From Nannocystales bacterium (lineage in GTDB: Bacteria > Myxococcota_A > Polyangia > Nannocystales > Nannocystaceae), in the NCBI GenBank assembly GCA_050633305.1, contig JBOEGF010000010.1:704001-768000 (forward strand): a DNA stretch of 64,000 bases, given 5' to 3'. This document shows positions 31,943-42,342 of the stretch, in pieces. The notes under the pieces were generated by a model. It saw nothing but the letters and a program-made list of their open reading frames with translations. It did no database searches and was not told where the DNA came from. A program made the translations under genes and the position numbers. How positions within the stretch are numbered: the stretch's first letter is position 1; the number at the start of each line of letters is the position of its first letter.

Positions 31943-33532
31943 TCAGGCACCGTGGCTTTCGACGGCCTCGCGCACCCGCGCCGTCAAATCGTCGACCTCG
32001 AACGGCTTGCGAACGAGCTGTGCGCTCGACTCGAGGACATCGCCATCGTTCAGGATACGATCCGCCTGTCCGGACATGTACAAGGCGGGCACGTCCGGAA
32101 AACGCTCGCGGGCGCGCTGAACCACCTCGGGGCCGAGCATGTCCGGCATCATGACGTCCGCGAGAATCAGGTCGAGCTGACTCTCGCCCTCGAGGAGCGA
32201 GACGGCGGCCGGTCCTCCGTCGGCAGCGAGCACACGGTACCCCTGCCGACCCAGAATACGCTCGACGATCCGGCGCACGGCTGGCTCGTCCTCAACGACG
32301 AGGACAACTGGGCTCAGAGCTTGGGACCGGGCGTCTTCGTGTTCGGCTGGCTGTGCCCGTGGGAGCCGAACCTCGAACGTGCTTCCTTCGCCTGGCTCGC
32401 TCTGGACCGTGATCGTTCCGCCGGCTTGCGCGACGATCCCGTAGCAAGTCGCCAAGCCCAGGCCCACACCTTCGCTGGTGCCCTTCGTGGTGAAGAACGG
32501 CTCGAAGATGTGCTCGCGTGCGCTCGGTTCGATCCCCGCTCCATCATCTCGAACGCGCAGCACGACCTCGTCTCCTTTGCCCCCCGTTGCGTTCTCCGTC
32601 TCCACCGTGATCATCCCCGACGCGTCGATGGCGTCGCGGGCGTTGAGGACCAGGTTGATCACGACCTGCTCAAACTGGTGGCTGTCGACAAACACGGGCC
32701 AAAGGTCGGGCGCGTTTCGGACGCGGAGCTCGATGCTGTCACCGACGGCGCGCTCCAGGAGTGTGCCGATCTTGGAGGTGAGTTCGCTGAGGACCGTTTC
32801 GGTCGGCGCGATGACCTGCCGCCGTGCGAACGAGAGCAGCTGCGAGGTGAGTCGTGAGGCCGCACGTGTCGCGTCGATGATGTGCCCCAGGTCCGCGGCA
32901 TGCGGGTCGTCGGGCGACAGGGCGCTGCGGACTTCCGCTGCGTTGGCCAGAACGACCGTGAGCAGATTGTTGAAGTCGTGGGCCACGCCGCCCGCAAGTC
33001 GTCCGATCGCCTGCATCTTGTCCGCCTCGCGGAGCTGATCCTCCAGCCGCTTGCGGTCTGTGATGTCCAGGAAGGTGACGACTGCGCCCTGCAGGGTTCC
33101 GTCTTCCTCCTTGACCGGGACGGCGGTGAAGATCGCCCACGCGGTATCGCCGTCGGGTCGCCGGACCCCGATGGTTTGCGCGGGCTGAGCTTCTCCTGTG
33201 GCGAGCGCTCGGGAGACCGGATACTCCTCAACGGGACAAGGCCGGCCATCCTCGAAGAGCGTTTGGGTCTCGAAATCCGACACGTACCGCCTCGAGATGT
33301 CGTCGTAGGACATCCCGAGAATGCGAAGTGCTTCGGCATTGGCCGTTCGAATCGCACCGGCGGTGGTGACATGGATGACCCCGCTTGGCACCGCCTCGAT
33401 GAGTCGACGGGTGAGCTCCTCGCTGCGTCGCAACTCTGTGGCGGTTGCGGCCGCCTGGTCCGCACGTTCCCGAAGCAGCTCGAGCTCAGTGCGATCCTCG
33501 TTGGGCCCAATGTCGTCGGTCGGTTCGACCAT
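31943..33532 (-). CDS. Cytoplasmic PAS hybrid histidine kinase with receiver domain
   Basis: PAS/PAC, AGGVAHDFNNLL H-box, NARDA, DDGAG, FEPFFTTK, GLGLA, VVEDE..DVMMP..KPF. Confidence 0.95.
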   Translation of the reverse strand: MVEPTDDIGPNEDRTELELLRERADQAAATATELRRSEELTRRLIEAVPSGVIHVTTAGAIRTANAEALRILGMSYDDISRRYVSDFETQTLFEDGRPCPVEEYPVSRALATGEAQPAQTIGVRRPDGDTAWAIFTAVPVKEEDGTLQGAVVTFLDITDRKRLEDQLREADKMQAIGRLAGGVAHDFNNLLTVVLANAAEVRSALSPDDPHAADLGHIIDATRAASRLTSQLLSFARRQVIAPTETVLSELTSKIGTLLERAVGDSIELRVRNAPDLWPVFVDSHQFEQVVINLVLNARDAIDASGMITVETENATGGKGDEVVLRVRDDGAGIEPSAREHIFEPFFTTKGTSEGVGLGLATCYGIVAQAGGTITVQSEPGEGSTFEVRLPRAQPAEHEDARSQALSPVVLVVEDEPAVRRIVERILGRQGYRVLAADGGPAAVSLLEGESQLDLILADVMMPDMLGPEVVQRARERFPDVPALYMSGQADRILNDGDVLESSAQLVRKPFEVDDLTARVREAVESHGA

Positions 33533-33738
33533 TCGTGCGGCCAGGGTAACCGGTCAGCCGACTGGCTCCAAGGCTGCGGGGTCGGCTGCGGGGCGGTTCC
33601 CAGCTGCCCCGGGGGCTGGAACGAGAACCGTAGGGCGAGAAACACAATGAACCTTGGCGCGGGCCCCGACAGGTCGCCGAGTCGAAGCTGAGGGCATCTC
33701 GCGGGGCACTGCTGGGCCAGGCTGCTAGGCTCCCAGCC

Positions 33739-34380
33739 TTGACCGACCCCGCCCTGCTCATCGACCGCAAGGCCTCGCGAGAGCGGCTGCAGCTCGACGA
33801 GACGTCGTGGGTCGACGTGGTGCGCGGATTCGCCCCTGACACGGAGGCGTTGTTCCAGCACCTGTACGACACGATGCCCTGGACGCAGGGGAGCAGCATT
33901 CGGGAGGGGCGAAAGGTCCCCGACCCGCGGATGGGCGCAGGCTTGTCCACCACGCAGCTCGCCGCAGTTCCGCTGCTGCATCGAGCTCGACTGGTGCTCG
34001 AAGCTCGCTACCGAATCCGACTCCGAGGCGCCGCGATGGTGCTGTATCGCGACGGTCGTGACAGCGTCGGTTTCCACCGGGACGACGAGATGCTCTACCT
34101 CGAGAAGACGGTGATCGCCGGGTTGAGCCTCGGCGCCGAACGTCCCGTGTCGTTCATGTCCAAGGCGCATGATGTCCGACACGACGTCCGCTTGGGCGCG
34201 GGCGATCTCTACGTCATGGGCGGGCGATGCCAAGCCGATTGGTTGCATGCCGTGCACAAGGTGGAGAGCGCAGGTCCACGGATCTCGGTGGTGTGGCGTT
34301 GGACCTCGCGCCTGGGCCCGCCGTCTTCCAGCCCCTCGCGGGTCGTGCCCGACGCTCCTCGCAAGCGGCGCTGGCGGTGA
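33739..34380 (+). CDS. AlkB-family 2OG-Fe(II) dioxygenase
   Basis: LYRDGRDSVGFHRDDE (HxD), WLHAV, RISVVWR. Confidence 0.9.
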   Translation: MTDPALLIDRKASRERLQLDETSWVDVVRGFAPDTEALFQHLYDTMPWTQGSSIREGRKVPDPRMGAGLSTTQLAAVPLLHRARLVLEARYRIRLRGAAMVLYRDGRDSVGFHRDDEMLYLEKTVIAGLSLGAERPVSFMSKAHDVRHDVRLGAGDLYVMGGRCQADWLHAVHKVESAGPRISVVWRWTSRLGPPSSSPSRVVPDAPRKRRWR

Positions 34381-34383
34381 TGC

Positions 34384-35148
34384 TCAGGCGCTGAGTTGCG
34401 CCGGGTTGCCTTCGAAGACTTCGACGACGAGGGTGCCCGCCGCTGCCTGGGCGACGCCGAACAGCAGGGGGCCCACCAGTGGAATGCTCATCGCGAGCGA
34501 GAAGGGCAGGGCGAAGCCGACCAGGGCTCCGCGGTGTTGTTTGACGAATGCGTGCTGGGCGTCGAAACGAACGTCGAGCTTCTCAAAGTAGGGGTCGAGA
34601 AGCTCCCAACCCAGCGCACGGGACGTGAAGTAGCCCTGCAACACCGGTCCCAGCACGACGCCCGCGACCGGGATCAGCGAGACCGCGAACGCGAAGAGGC
34701 TCAGGCCGATGAACAGCGCCATGCGGATGAGGTTCTGCGGGATCGAGACCCGAAGCGGCAGTCCTTCGAGCGCCGCGAGTTCGTCCGCTCGCTGGGGGTT
34801 GACCGCTCGGACGCCGGCCAGGAACACCCGCTCGCCCAGGATCGGGAACAGGGTGTTGGCGGTGAACAGGGCGAGAATCGGGCAGACGAGGGCGACGATG
34901 AGCATGCCCGCGACCCGAGCGATCCACATGCCCGCGAGGAGCCACCAGGACTCCGTCCCATCGATCGGTGTGTAGTGCAGGACCGCCCAGAATCCGGCGG
35001 CGCTCAGCGTGCCTGCGAGCACGAAGAGCACCGCAACCAGCTGGAAGTAGGTCTTGCCGACCTCGGGCGTGTCGAAGACTCGACGGACACCACGGCCCGC
35101 TGCCCGAAGTCCTGCGCCGAGACCGGGCTTTTCTGCTTCGGGCGTCAT
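34384..35148 (-). CDS. EI24/CysZ-like membrane protein
   Basis: TM pairs, SLIPVAG, LGWELLDPYF, IPLVG. Confidence 0.78.
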   Translation of the reverse strand: MTPEAEKPGLGAGLRAAGRGVRRVFDTPEVGKTYFQLVAVLFVLAGTLSAAGFWAVLHYTPIDGTESWWLLAGMWIARVAGMLIVALVCPILALFTANTLFPILGERVFLAGVRAVNPQRADELAALEGLPLRVSIPQNLIRMALFIGLSLFAFAVSLIPVAGVVLGPVLQGYFTSRALGWELLDPYFEKLDVRFDAQHAFVKQHRGALVGFALPFSLAMSIPLVGPLLFGVAQAAAGTLVVEVFEGNPAQLSA

Positions 35149-35191
35149 TGTTGTCGAAGCTTGGGGCGGCGAGGGCTTCGGTGCAAGGTCC

Positions 35192-36079
35192 TCAAGGCGA
35201 GGGAAGAAACGCCAGAAGCCGCTTGTTCACCTCCGCTGCGGCATCGACTTGCACCCAGTGGCTGTACCCCTCGAGCCTCTCTACACGCACATCCCAAACC
35301 CACCGCGTGGGTGGTGTGGCGTACTCGAGTCCCACGTAGCGGTCCGCGGTTCCCCACAACACCTGGGTGGGACGGTCGATCGGGCGCAGCGCGTGCTGGA
35401 GCTCGCTGCCACGGCGCATGTACGCGCGGTAGTAGTTGAGTGCTGCGGTGGTAGACGCAGGGTCGAGGGCGTCGACGTACTGTTGGACGTCGTGGTCCGT
35501 GAACGCCCCGGGGGTGGTGGGGTCGTTGCGCAGCATGGCGCGGACGCGCGCGTGGTCGTTGCGCCGGATCTGGCGCTCGGGGAGCCGAGGCAGCTGGAAG
35601 AACAACATGTATCCGCTACGCCGCAGCTGCGCCGGGTCGGACATCATGCGTGACCGGAGCCCGGGGTGCGGGCAGTTGAGGACGGACAACGTCCGAACTT
35701 GCTCGGGATGGCGGATCGCGTGCCACCACGCGACCATGCCGCCCCAGTCGTGTCCGACGATGGAGGCCTGCTCGGCACCGAGCGCCCCGATCAGGCCAGC
35801 GATGTCATCGGCCAGAGCCTCGATCTGGTAGGCGTCGATGCCCCGAGGCTTGTCCGTACGTCCGAACCCGCGAAGGTCGGGGGCGACGACTCGGTAGCCC
35901 GCCTCCGCGAGCGCAACCAGTTGGTGTCGCCACGCGTACCAAAACTCCGGAAAACCGTGGAGGAGGATGACCAACGGCGCGCCCACGGCAGCATCGGCCG
36001 ACTCGACGTAGTGCATGCGAATGCCGTCGAGCTGCGCGAATCGGTGGTGGACGCGTCCGTCGACGGTGCAGTCGTTCAT
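35192..36079 (-). CDS. Alpha/beta hydrolase (epoxide-hydrolase type)
   Basis: LLHGFPEFWYAWRHQ, APDLRGFG, VGHDWGG, SHWVQ; ATGA-coupled to mobA. Confidence 0.93.
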   Translation of the reverse strand: MNDCTVDGRVHHRFAQLDGIRMHYVESADAAVGAPLVILLHGFPEFWYAWRHQLVALAEAGYRVVAPDLRGFGRTDKPRGIDAYQIEALADDIAGLIGALGAEQASIVGHDWGGMVAWWHAIRHPEQVRTLSVLNCPHPGLRSRMMSDPAQLRRSGYMLFFQLPRLPERQIRRNDHARVRAMLRNDPTTPGAFTDHDVQQYVDALDPASTTAALNYYRAYMRRGSELQHALRPIDRPTQVLWGTADRYVGLEYATPPTRWVWDVRVERLEGYSHWVQVDAAAEVNKRLLAFLPSP

Positions 36080-36693
36080 GGCTGTTTTTCTCGTAGCGCG
36101 GCCTGGTAGTCGGCCGGGGTGTTGCAGTCTTGAAGGACGCCCGGATCGGGCAGGCTCGAGACTGGGACCTCGTTGCAGCGGAGTCTCTCGAACGTGAGCC
36201 GAAGCGCGCGCTCGTCCTCCCGCAGCAGTTGCGAGATGGCGCTTCGGGCCGGCCCGGCTCGGAGCACACCCGCGAGCGGATGCATGCGGTGGCGCCGAGT
36301 AGACTCTGGGGGATCCATGGGGACGGCTGCGTCGGCGTCGCCGAGGCGGCCGAACATCCACTGCACATGCAGGACGGTCAGGTTCGGCTTGTCGGTCGCA
36401 GCGAGGTAGACCGCATCGTTTGCGTCCAGTGCACAAAGGCCAGCCTGCGCGCCGACCAGCGGGCCCTGGTCGTCGAGCTCGGGAGGGTCGTCCACCCGAA
36501 GGATGTCGGTCGGGAGCGTGGGCAGAGCTTGGCCGGGGTGCGCGACGACCACGACGACCTCGCAGCACGCTTGAAGGGGCTCCAACACCGCCTCGAGCAT
36601 GGTCTTGCCCCCCCAAGGCAGGGTGGCTTTCGGCCGACCCATGCGGACGGATCGACCTCCTGCGAGCACCAAGGCTGTGCGACGTGGCGGCAC
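36076..36693 (-). CDS. mobA: Molybdenum cofactor guanylyltransferase
   Basis: LVLAGGRSVRMGRPKA, DQGPL.G, ATDKP, HPL.G, NTPADY; start approximate. Confidence 0.88.
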   Translation of the reverse strand: MPPRRTALVLAGGRSVRMGRPKATLPWGGKTMLEAVLEPLQACCEVVVVVAHPGQALPTLPTDILRVDDPPELDDQGPLVGAQAGLCALDANDAVYLAATDKPNLTVLHVQWMFGRLGDADAAVPMDPPESTRRHRMHPLAGVLRAGPARSAISQLLREDERALRLTFERLRCNEVPVSSLPDPGVLQDCNTPADYQAALREKQP

Positions 36694-36798
36694 GAGTGCC
36701 AGGAGAATGGCCTGGTCACGCTGTGTGGGCAACTGCGGCCGCGCAGGTGTGCACGGCACCGTCCTCGTCTCCTCGGAGGGCTGCTACGCTCCTGCGCG

Positions 36799-37173
36799 AT
36801 GAAGCTGCGCATCCTCGGAGATTCACTTCGACTTCGGCTCTCGCAGAGCGAGGTCAAGCAATTCGGAGACTCCGCTCGGGTCGAGCAGTCGATCCGGTTT
36901 GGGCCGGCCTCGGTGATGACCTACGCCGTCGAACACGACAGCGCTGTGCAGGAGGTCTGCGCGAGCTTTGAAGAGTCGACCGTCACGGTTCGGATGCCAA
37001 GCTCCGTCGCTGCGGCGTGGGTCGGCAGCGACGAAGTCACGATCCGCGGTGAGCAGCCACTGGAAGCGTCCGCCGTGCTGTCTTTGTTGATCGAGAAGGA
37101 CTTCAAGTGCGCCATCCCTCGGCCCGGCGAAGAGGACTACGACGGCTTCGAGCATCCAACCGGCGGGTGCTGA
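36799..37173 (+). CDS. Conserved hypothetical protein (DUF7009-like)
   Basis: MKLRI.G.SLRLRL.QSEV..LLIEKDF.C; TACGCT 8 nt before ATG. Confidence 0.8.
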   Translation: MKLRILGDSLRLRLSQSEVKQFGDSARVEQSIRFGPASVMTYAVEHDSAVQEVCASFEESTVTVRMPSSVAAAWVGSDEVTIRGEQPLEASAVLSLLIEKDFKCAIPRPGEEDYDGFEHPTGGC

Positions 37174-37176
37174 GAC

Positions 37177-37989
37177 TCAGGCCTGGATACGGTGCGGCGC
37201 CGAGTAGACACACATTCGTGCGTCCCGCAGAAAGGCGACGAGGGTCATCCCCGACTCCGCGGCGAGATCGACAGCGAGGGAACTTGGGGCGGATACGGCC
37301 GCGACCAGCTCCACGCCGCATGCCAACGCCTTCTGCATGATCTCGAAGGACACCCGGCCCGAGACCATCAAGATGGCCCCGACGCGTTGCTCGCAGGAGG
37401 CCACGCCGAGCACCTTGTCCACGGCGTTGTGTCGCCCGATGTCTTCGCGGACGGCGATTGTCTTCAGGGACGCGTCGAACAGGGCTGCCGCATGGACTCC
37501 GCCGGTCGCATCGAAACCCGCCTGGTGCGCTTCGAGCCGACCCGGAAGCGCGTAGAGATCGGAGGGGGCCAGCCGGACGGTGTCGTCGACCTTCCCGGTG
37601 TGGTGCATGGCTTGTTCGATCGACGCCTTGCCACAGATGCCACAGCTGCTGCTCGCAAACAGGTTGCGCCGAAGCGCGGCGAGGTCGACGGCGTGGTTGA
37701 GCACCACCTGCATGACGTTGTCCTCGGCCTCGGGGTGGTCCACCTCCCCACAGTGGCGGACGCTGACGATCGAAGGACTCGATTGCGCGATGCGTTCGGA
37801 GAGCAGAAACCCGCGCACGAGGTCCTCGTCGTGCCCCGGCGTGCGCATCACGACTGCGATCGGGACCCCGGCGATTCGAATCTCCAGGGGGGCCTCGGCG
37901 GCCACGCGATCGTCCGCCGAGCGGGAGGCGCTGCCATTCCACTCCACGCGACGCAGCGCGAGCGTGCTTCCGTTGTCCACGTCGTTCAT
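37177..37989 (-). CDS. fdhD: Formate dehydrogenase accessory sulfurtransferase FdhD
   Basis: MRTPG.D..L..GFL.SE, SSCGICG, TGGVHAAA, REDIGRHNAVDK, SGRVSFE, SAPSSLA. Confidence 0.96.
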   Translation of the reverse strand: MNDVDNGSTLALRRVEWNGSASRSADDRVAAEAPLEIRIAGVPIAVVMRTPGHDEDLVRGFLLSERIAQSSPSIVSVRHCGEVDHPEAEDNVMQVVLNHAVDLAALRRNLFASSSCGICGKASIEQAMHHTGKVDDTVRLAPSDLYALPGRLEAHQAGFDATGGVHAAALFDASLKTIAVREDIGRHNAVDKVLGVASCEQRVGAILMVSGRVSFEIMQKALACGVELVAAVSAPSSLAVDLAAESGMTLVAFLRDARMCVYSAPHRIQA

Positions 37990-38213
37990 GCGTCGAGAAC
38001 ACCCACCGCGGCCGGGGTCGCCTGGGCAGTCATTCATCGAGCCTACAACGTTCATGTAGGACCTGCGCGCGGGTGCCCCGCTGTCCACCTACCTACCGAG
38101 CTGTAGCCAAGAGCACTGCGCTCCGGGCGAGCCTCGTCGTGAGGGTTGGAAGGCAAAAAAAGTGAAAAAAAAAATGGCGGGGGGTTTTGAGAAGACAGGG
38201 ATCCGCGCGGGTC

Positions 38214-38426
38214 TTGGGGCCTAGAGTCCACGCCCCCGAATTCGCCGTACCCTACTGGGGGCTGCAGACCCGAGCGACCTGGGGCTCGTGATGCCCGGAA
38301 CCTTGCCAGCGGGCCGTATCAGCCCGCGATCCGGCACTTCGGCCTGTATGCACGATGCTGCACCACGCGGACGGGATCATGTGGAGTCCGAGCCCCAGGG
38401 GGGGCCGTACGGGGTTGGGGCCTAGA
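38214..38426. promoter_or_regulatory. Repeat-rich, potentially structured intergenic element upstream of the heme-lipoprotein operon
   Basis: Direct repeat TTGGGGCCTAGA at 38214 and 38415; inverted repeat CCTGGGGCTCG 38278-88 / 38389-99; A tracts at 38155-38174. Confidence 0.35.
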
Positions 38427-38597
38427 CCCCCTAAACGGCGTCTAAACCGGCTTTTCGATCCCGAATTCGGCGTTTGCCGACCTCTGACTACCTTGAAGAA
38501 TCTGAGGGGAACCGATTAGGTTCATTCCACGTCGCGCACTGGGAGGCACGGCGTCAAACCGCGAATCATTGATTCGCCAACGGCAGGGGGAAGCACG

Positions 38598-40928
38598 ATG
38601 AACCGCGCACGTTTCAAACGACATCTAGGATTGGGCCTGACGGCACTCTTGGGCCTCACGGTCACGGCCTGTTACGACGGAAGTGACGACGAGTCCGGAG
38701 ACTGTGTCTCCGACGAGGAGTTCTTCCGGGAGACGGTCTACGCGCCGATTCTCGCCGACAACTGTTCGAGCTGTCACAACAGCTCCGGCGCGGCGAAGGA
38801 CACCTCCTTCGTGCTGCGCACGCCCGAGTCGGGTCCGGACTACCTCGAGTCCAACCTCGAAGCGTTCTCCCAGATGTCGAAGCTGCAGTTCGAGGGGCAG
38901 AGCTGGCTCCTCCTCAAGCCGACCCTGGGCATCGAGCACGAGGGTGGCGAGCGCTTCAAAGAGGGCTCCGCCGAGTACAACGCGTTCGTCGAGATGATGA
39001 ACCGTCTGGACGCACCCTCCTCTTGCGAAGAGGGAGACATCACCGAGGAGTTCTTCGATGGTGTCGAGCTCCTCGATGAGCGCGCGACGCTGCGAAAGGC
39101 CACCTTGGCGCTCGCCGGCCGTCTCCCCACGATTGAGGAGGACATGCGGGTTCAAGAGGGCAGCTGGGAAGCCCTCGACGCGATTCTCGACGAGGTCATG
39201 ACCGACCCGGTCTTCTACGACCGCCTCCGCGAGATCTACAACGACAAGTTCCTGACCGACCGATACTACGGCGGCACCCAGGCGCTCGACCTCCTCGATT
39301 ACGAGGAAGACGACAACGGCAACCCCGGCGGAGACTTCCCCAACGCGTACTGGTTCGAAGGTCTGCCCGACGACGAGCGGGACCAAGCCGCCGAGTACTC
39401 CAACAACGGCGTGGCTCGCCAACCCCTCGAGCTGCTCGTTCACATCGTCAAGAACGACCTCCCCTACACGGAGCTGCTCACCGCCGACTACACGATGGTG
39501 AACCCGTTCTCGGCGCAGTCGCTCGGTGCCGACGCCACCTTCGCCAACCCCGACGACTACAACGAGTTCGTCCCCGCGAAGCTCGCTGGCCTGCCGCTCG
39601 CCGGCGCGCTGACCTCGGTCGTTTTCCTCAACCGGTTCCCGACCACCGACACCAACCGCAACCGTCACCGGGCCCGGATGCTCTATGAGTTCTTCCTGGC
39701 CACCGACGTGCAGGCGCTGGGCAACCGCCCGGTGGACGCGACGGCCATCACCGGCCACAACGCCACGCTCAACAACCCCGAGTGCACGATCTGTCACGAG
39801 GTCATCGATCCCGTCGCCGGTTCGTTCAAGAACTGGGACGACCAGGGTCGCTACCGCCTCCCCGAGCAGGGCTGGTTCCCCGACATGCTGCCTCCGGGAT
39901 TCGGCGAGTCGCAGATGCCGGCCACCAACGACCAGGCTGCACTGCAATGGGGCGTTCGCGAGATCGTTCAAGACCCTCGGTTCGCGCTGTCCGCCGTCTA
40001 CATCATGTTCGAAGGCCTCAGCGGCCAAAAGCCGCTCACAGAGCCCGACAACCCCGAGGACGAGAACTACCTCGGCGGAATCGAAGCCGCCAAGACGCAG
40101 CGTGCGGTCTTCAACGACATCGCGCAGCAGTTCACCGACACCAACTACCAGCTCAAGGTGGTGGTCAAGGAGATCATCAAGTCGCCCTACTACCGCGCCT
40201 ACAACTACGAGGCGATCGGTCTGGACGAGGACGCTGCACAGGCTCGCCGGTTCGAGCTCGAGAACGTCGGCATGGGCCGCTTGCTCACCCCCGAGCAGCT
40301 GCACCGCAAGATCACCGCGGTTGCCGGCTTTGAGTGGTCGACCGAAGCGGGCGGCACGGGTTACCTGCTGTCTGAGGACCAGTACATGACGCTGTACGGC
40401 GGCATCAACTCCAACGACATCGTCGGTCGCGTCACGGAGCCCAACGGCATCATGGCGAACGTCGCCAAGCGCATGGCCAACCAGATGGCCTGCCGTGCAA
40501 CGCCTTGGGACTTCAGCAAGCCGGCCGCCGAGCGGATTCTGTTCCCGCTCGTCGAGCCCACGATGCAGCCGGAGGACCTCAACGGGTTCGAGATCCCGAA
40601 CGCCTCGTCTGCCATCCGGAACAACATTCAGTATCTCGTCTCCCGCCTGTGGGGCGAGTACCTCGACGCCGGCGACCCGGAAATCGAGCGTATCTACCAA
40701 CTGTACTTGGACGTCTGGAGAGACGGTCAACTTGGCCTGCAGCGTGCCGACGATGATCCGGAGCGCTACGGCACCGGTCTTGGAAACTGCGGGCTCGGAA
40801 ACAACCCCGTCACCGGCGAAGAACTGCCCGAAGAACAGCGCCTCGGCGAAGACCCCGGTTACACCATTCGCGCGTGGATTGCTGTCACCAACTACATGTT
40901 GTCGGACTTCCGCTTCCTCCACGAATAA
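38598..40928 (+). CDS. Di-heme c lipoprotein (DUF1588/DUF1592/PSCyt-like)
   Basis: Lipobox TVTAC; CSSCH and CTICH; LLKPT..HEGG; TDTNRNRHRAR; acidic; strong codon bias. Confidence 0.8.
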   Translation: MNRARFKRHLGLGLTALLGLTVTACYDGSDDESGDCVSDEEFFRETVYAPILADNCSSCHNSSGAAKDTSFVLRTPESGPDYLESNLEAFSQMSKLQFEGQSWLLLKPTLGIEHEGGERFKEGSAEYNAFVEMMNRLDAPSSCEEGDITEEFFDGVELLDERATLRKATLALAGRLPTIEEDMRVQEGSWEALDAILDEVMTDPVFYDRLREIYNDKFLTDRYYGGTQALDLLDYEEDDNGNPGGDFPNAYWFEGLPDDERDQAAEYSNNGVARQPLELLVHIVKNDLPYTELLTADYTMVNPFSAQSLGADATFANPDDYNEFVPAKLAGLPLAGALTSVVFLNRFPTTDTNRNRHRARMLYEFFLATDVQALGNRPVDATAITGHNATLNNPECTICHEVIDPVAGSFKNWDDQGRYRLPEQGWFPDMLPPGFGESQMPATNDQAALQWGVREIVQDPRFALSAVYIMFEGLSGQKPLTEPDNPEDENYLGGIEAAKTQRAVFNDIAQQFTDTNYQLKVVVKEIIKSPYYRAYNYEAIGLDEDAAQARRFELENVGMGRLLTPEQLHRKITAVAGFEWSTEAGGTGYLLSEDQYMTLYGGINSNDIVGRVTEPNGIMANVAKRMANQMACRATPWDFSKPAAERILFPLVEPTMQPEDLNGFEIPNASSAIRNNIQYLVSRLWGEYLDAGDPEIERIYQLYLDVWRDGQLGLQRADDDPERYGTGLGNCGLGNNPVTGEELPEEQRLGEDPGYTIRAWIAVTNYMLSDFRFLHE

Positions 40929-40960
40929 GCCCACACACAAGGAAACAAAGGAGCATCAAA

Positions 40961-42283
40961 ATGGATCGCAGAGATTTTCTCAAGCTCACCTCGTGTGCAG
41001 GCATGTCCCTCATGGCCCCGGCAGCCTTCGGCGGCCAGGACCTCAGCCACGGGCGAGCCGGCCTCGGCGCCGAAGCCCACACCGGACAGTTCTTCATGCT
41101 GTTCAACGCAGGCGGGGGCTGGGACCCCACCTCGTTTTGTGACCCCAAGGGGTCCAATGGTCCGAATGACCCGGACCCGATGAACCACTATGAGAAGTCC
41201 ATGATCGGGCAGGCGGGCAACCTCCGCTTCCCCATGGAGTTCCCCGACCCCAACAACCCCGACCAGGGCGTGGGCACGGGCATCATCCCGGCGTTCTTCG
41301 AGGAGCACTACCAGGACCTCCTCGTCATCAACGGGATCGACATGGAGACCAACGGCCACGACCAAGGCTCGCGGAACCTGTGGAGCGGCCGTCTTTCCGA
41401 GGGGCATCCGTCGATGGGCGCCTACCTCGCGGGGACGTACAACTCGGCGCTGCCGATGTCGTTCTTGGCCTTCGGTGGCTACTCGTTCACGGCGGGCGTC
41501 GCTCCGCAATCACGGGCCTCCAACATCAACGCGCTGCAGACGTTGGCGTTCCCAACGAGGGCGAACTCCGAGGACGAGAACTCGCAATACCTCAGTTCGA
41601 GGGCTCTGGAGCTGGTCGAGGAGGCGCAATGGCATCGCGACCAGGCGCTGATCGCTGGGCAAGGCCTGCCCAAGATCAACCACTCGATGAGCACGCTCTT
41701 CGAGTCGCGCTCCGGCTCAAACGAACTCAAGCGGCTCACCGAGTTCCTTCCCGAAGATCGGTCCGGAGGCCTTCGCGGTCAGGTTGAGGTCGCCATCGCA
41801 GCCTACCGCGCCGGTATCTCAGTGGCGTGCAACATCAGCGCGGGTGGCTTCGACACCCATGGTGACCACGACGCGCGCCAGATCCCGTCGCTCGAGAACC
41901 TCCTCGACGCGATGAGCTACGCTCGCCAGCTATCGCAGGAGTACGGCATCGGAGACAAGGTCACCCTCATGGCCGGCTCCGACTTCGGACGAACGCCAGG
42001 TTACAACGACGGCAACGGCAAGGACCACTGGTCCATCAGCTCGATGATCATGCTTGGCGGTGACATCCAGGGCAACCGGGTCATCGGAGCCACCACCGAC
42101 GGCCACCGCGCCTACGGCATCAACACCGACCTCTCGGTCGACGAGCGAGAGGATGCGCCGCTGAAGATCAAGCCTTCGCACATCCACTCGGCGATTCGCA
42201 ACCGCTACGCACTGGGTGCGGATAACGAGCTGGCCCAGATGTTCCCGCTCGACAACACCGAAGAGCTTCCCATCTTCGGGTAG
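40961..42283 (+). CDS. Tat-exported DUF1501-family protein
   Basis: MDRRDFLK Tat motif; GGWDP, TNGH, GFDTH, SDFGRTP, GKDHW; AAGGAG RBS. Confidence 0.9.
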   Translation: MDRRDFLKLTSCAGMSLMAPAAFGGQDLSHGRAGLGAEAHTGQFFMLFNAGGGWDPTSFCDPKGSNGPNDPDPMNHYEKSMIGQAGNLRFPMEFPDPNNPDQGVGTGIIPAFFEEHYQDLLVINGIDMETNGHDQGSRNLWSGRLSEGHPSMGAYLAGTYNSALPMSFLAFGGYSFTAGVAPQSRASNINALQTLAFPTRANSEDENSQYLSSRALELVEEAQWHRDQALIAGQGLPKINHSMSTLFESRSGSNELKRLTEFLPEDRSGGLRGQVEVAIAAYRAGISVACNISAGGFDTHGDHDARQIPSLENLLDAMSYARQLSQEYGIGDKVTLMAGSDFGRTPGYNDGNGKDHWSISSMIMLGGDIQGNRVIGATTDGHRAYGINTDLSVDEREDAPLKIKPSHIHSAIRNRYALGADNELAQMFPLDNTEELPIFG

Positions 42284-42342
42284 GCTTCGGCTAGCAGTCA
42301 CGCTGTAGCCTGAGCAACCGGGGGGAAGCTCGGGGTACGGTT

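Noticed and set aside
36130..36798. 347-aa version of the DUF7009-like ORF (and 474-aa version of the hydrolase)
   Set aside because: Extensions overlap mobA; recognisable sequence begins at 36799 and 36079
38214..38426. 6S RNA or Moco riboswitch call
   Set aside because: Size and proximity to fdhD are suggestive, but I could not recognise the conserved sequence motifs
38625..40940. 771-aa minus-strand ORF
   Set aside because: Antisense shadow of the heme lipoprotein gene
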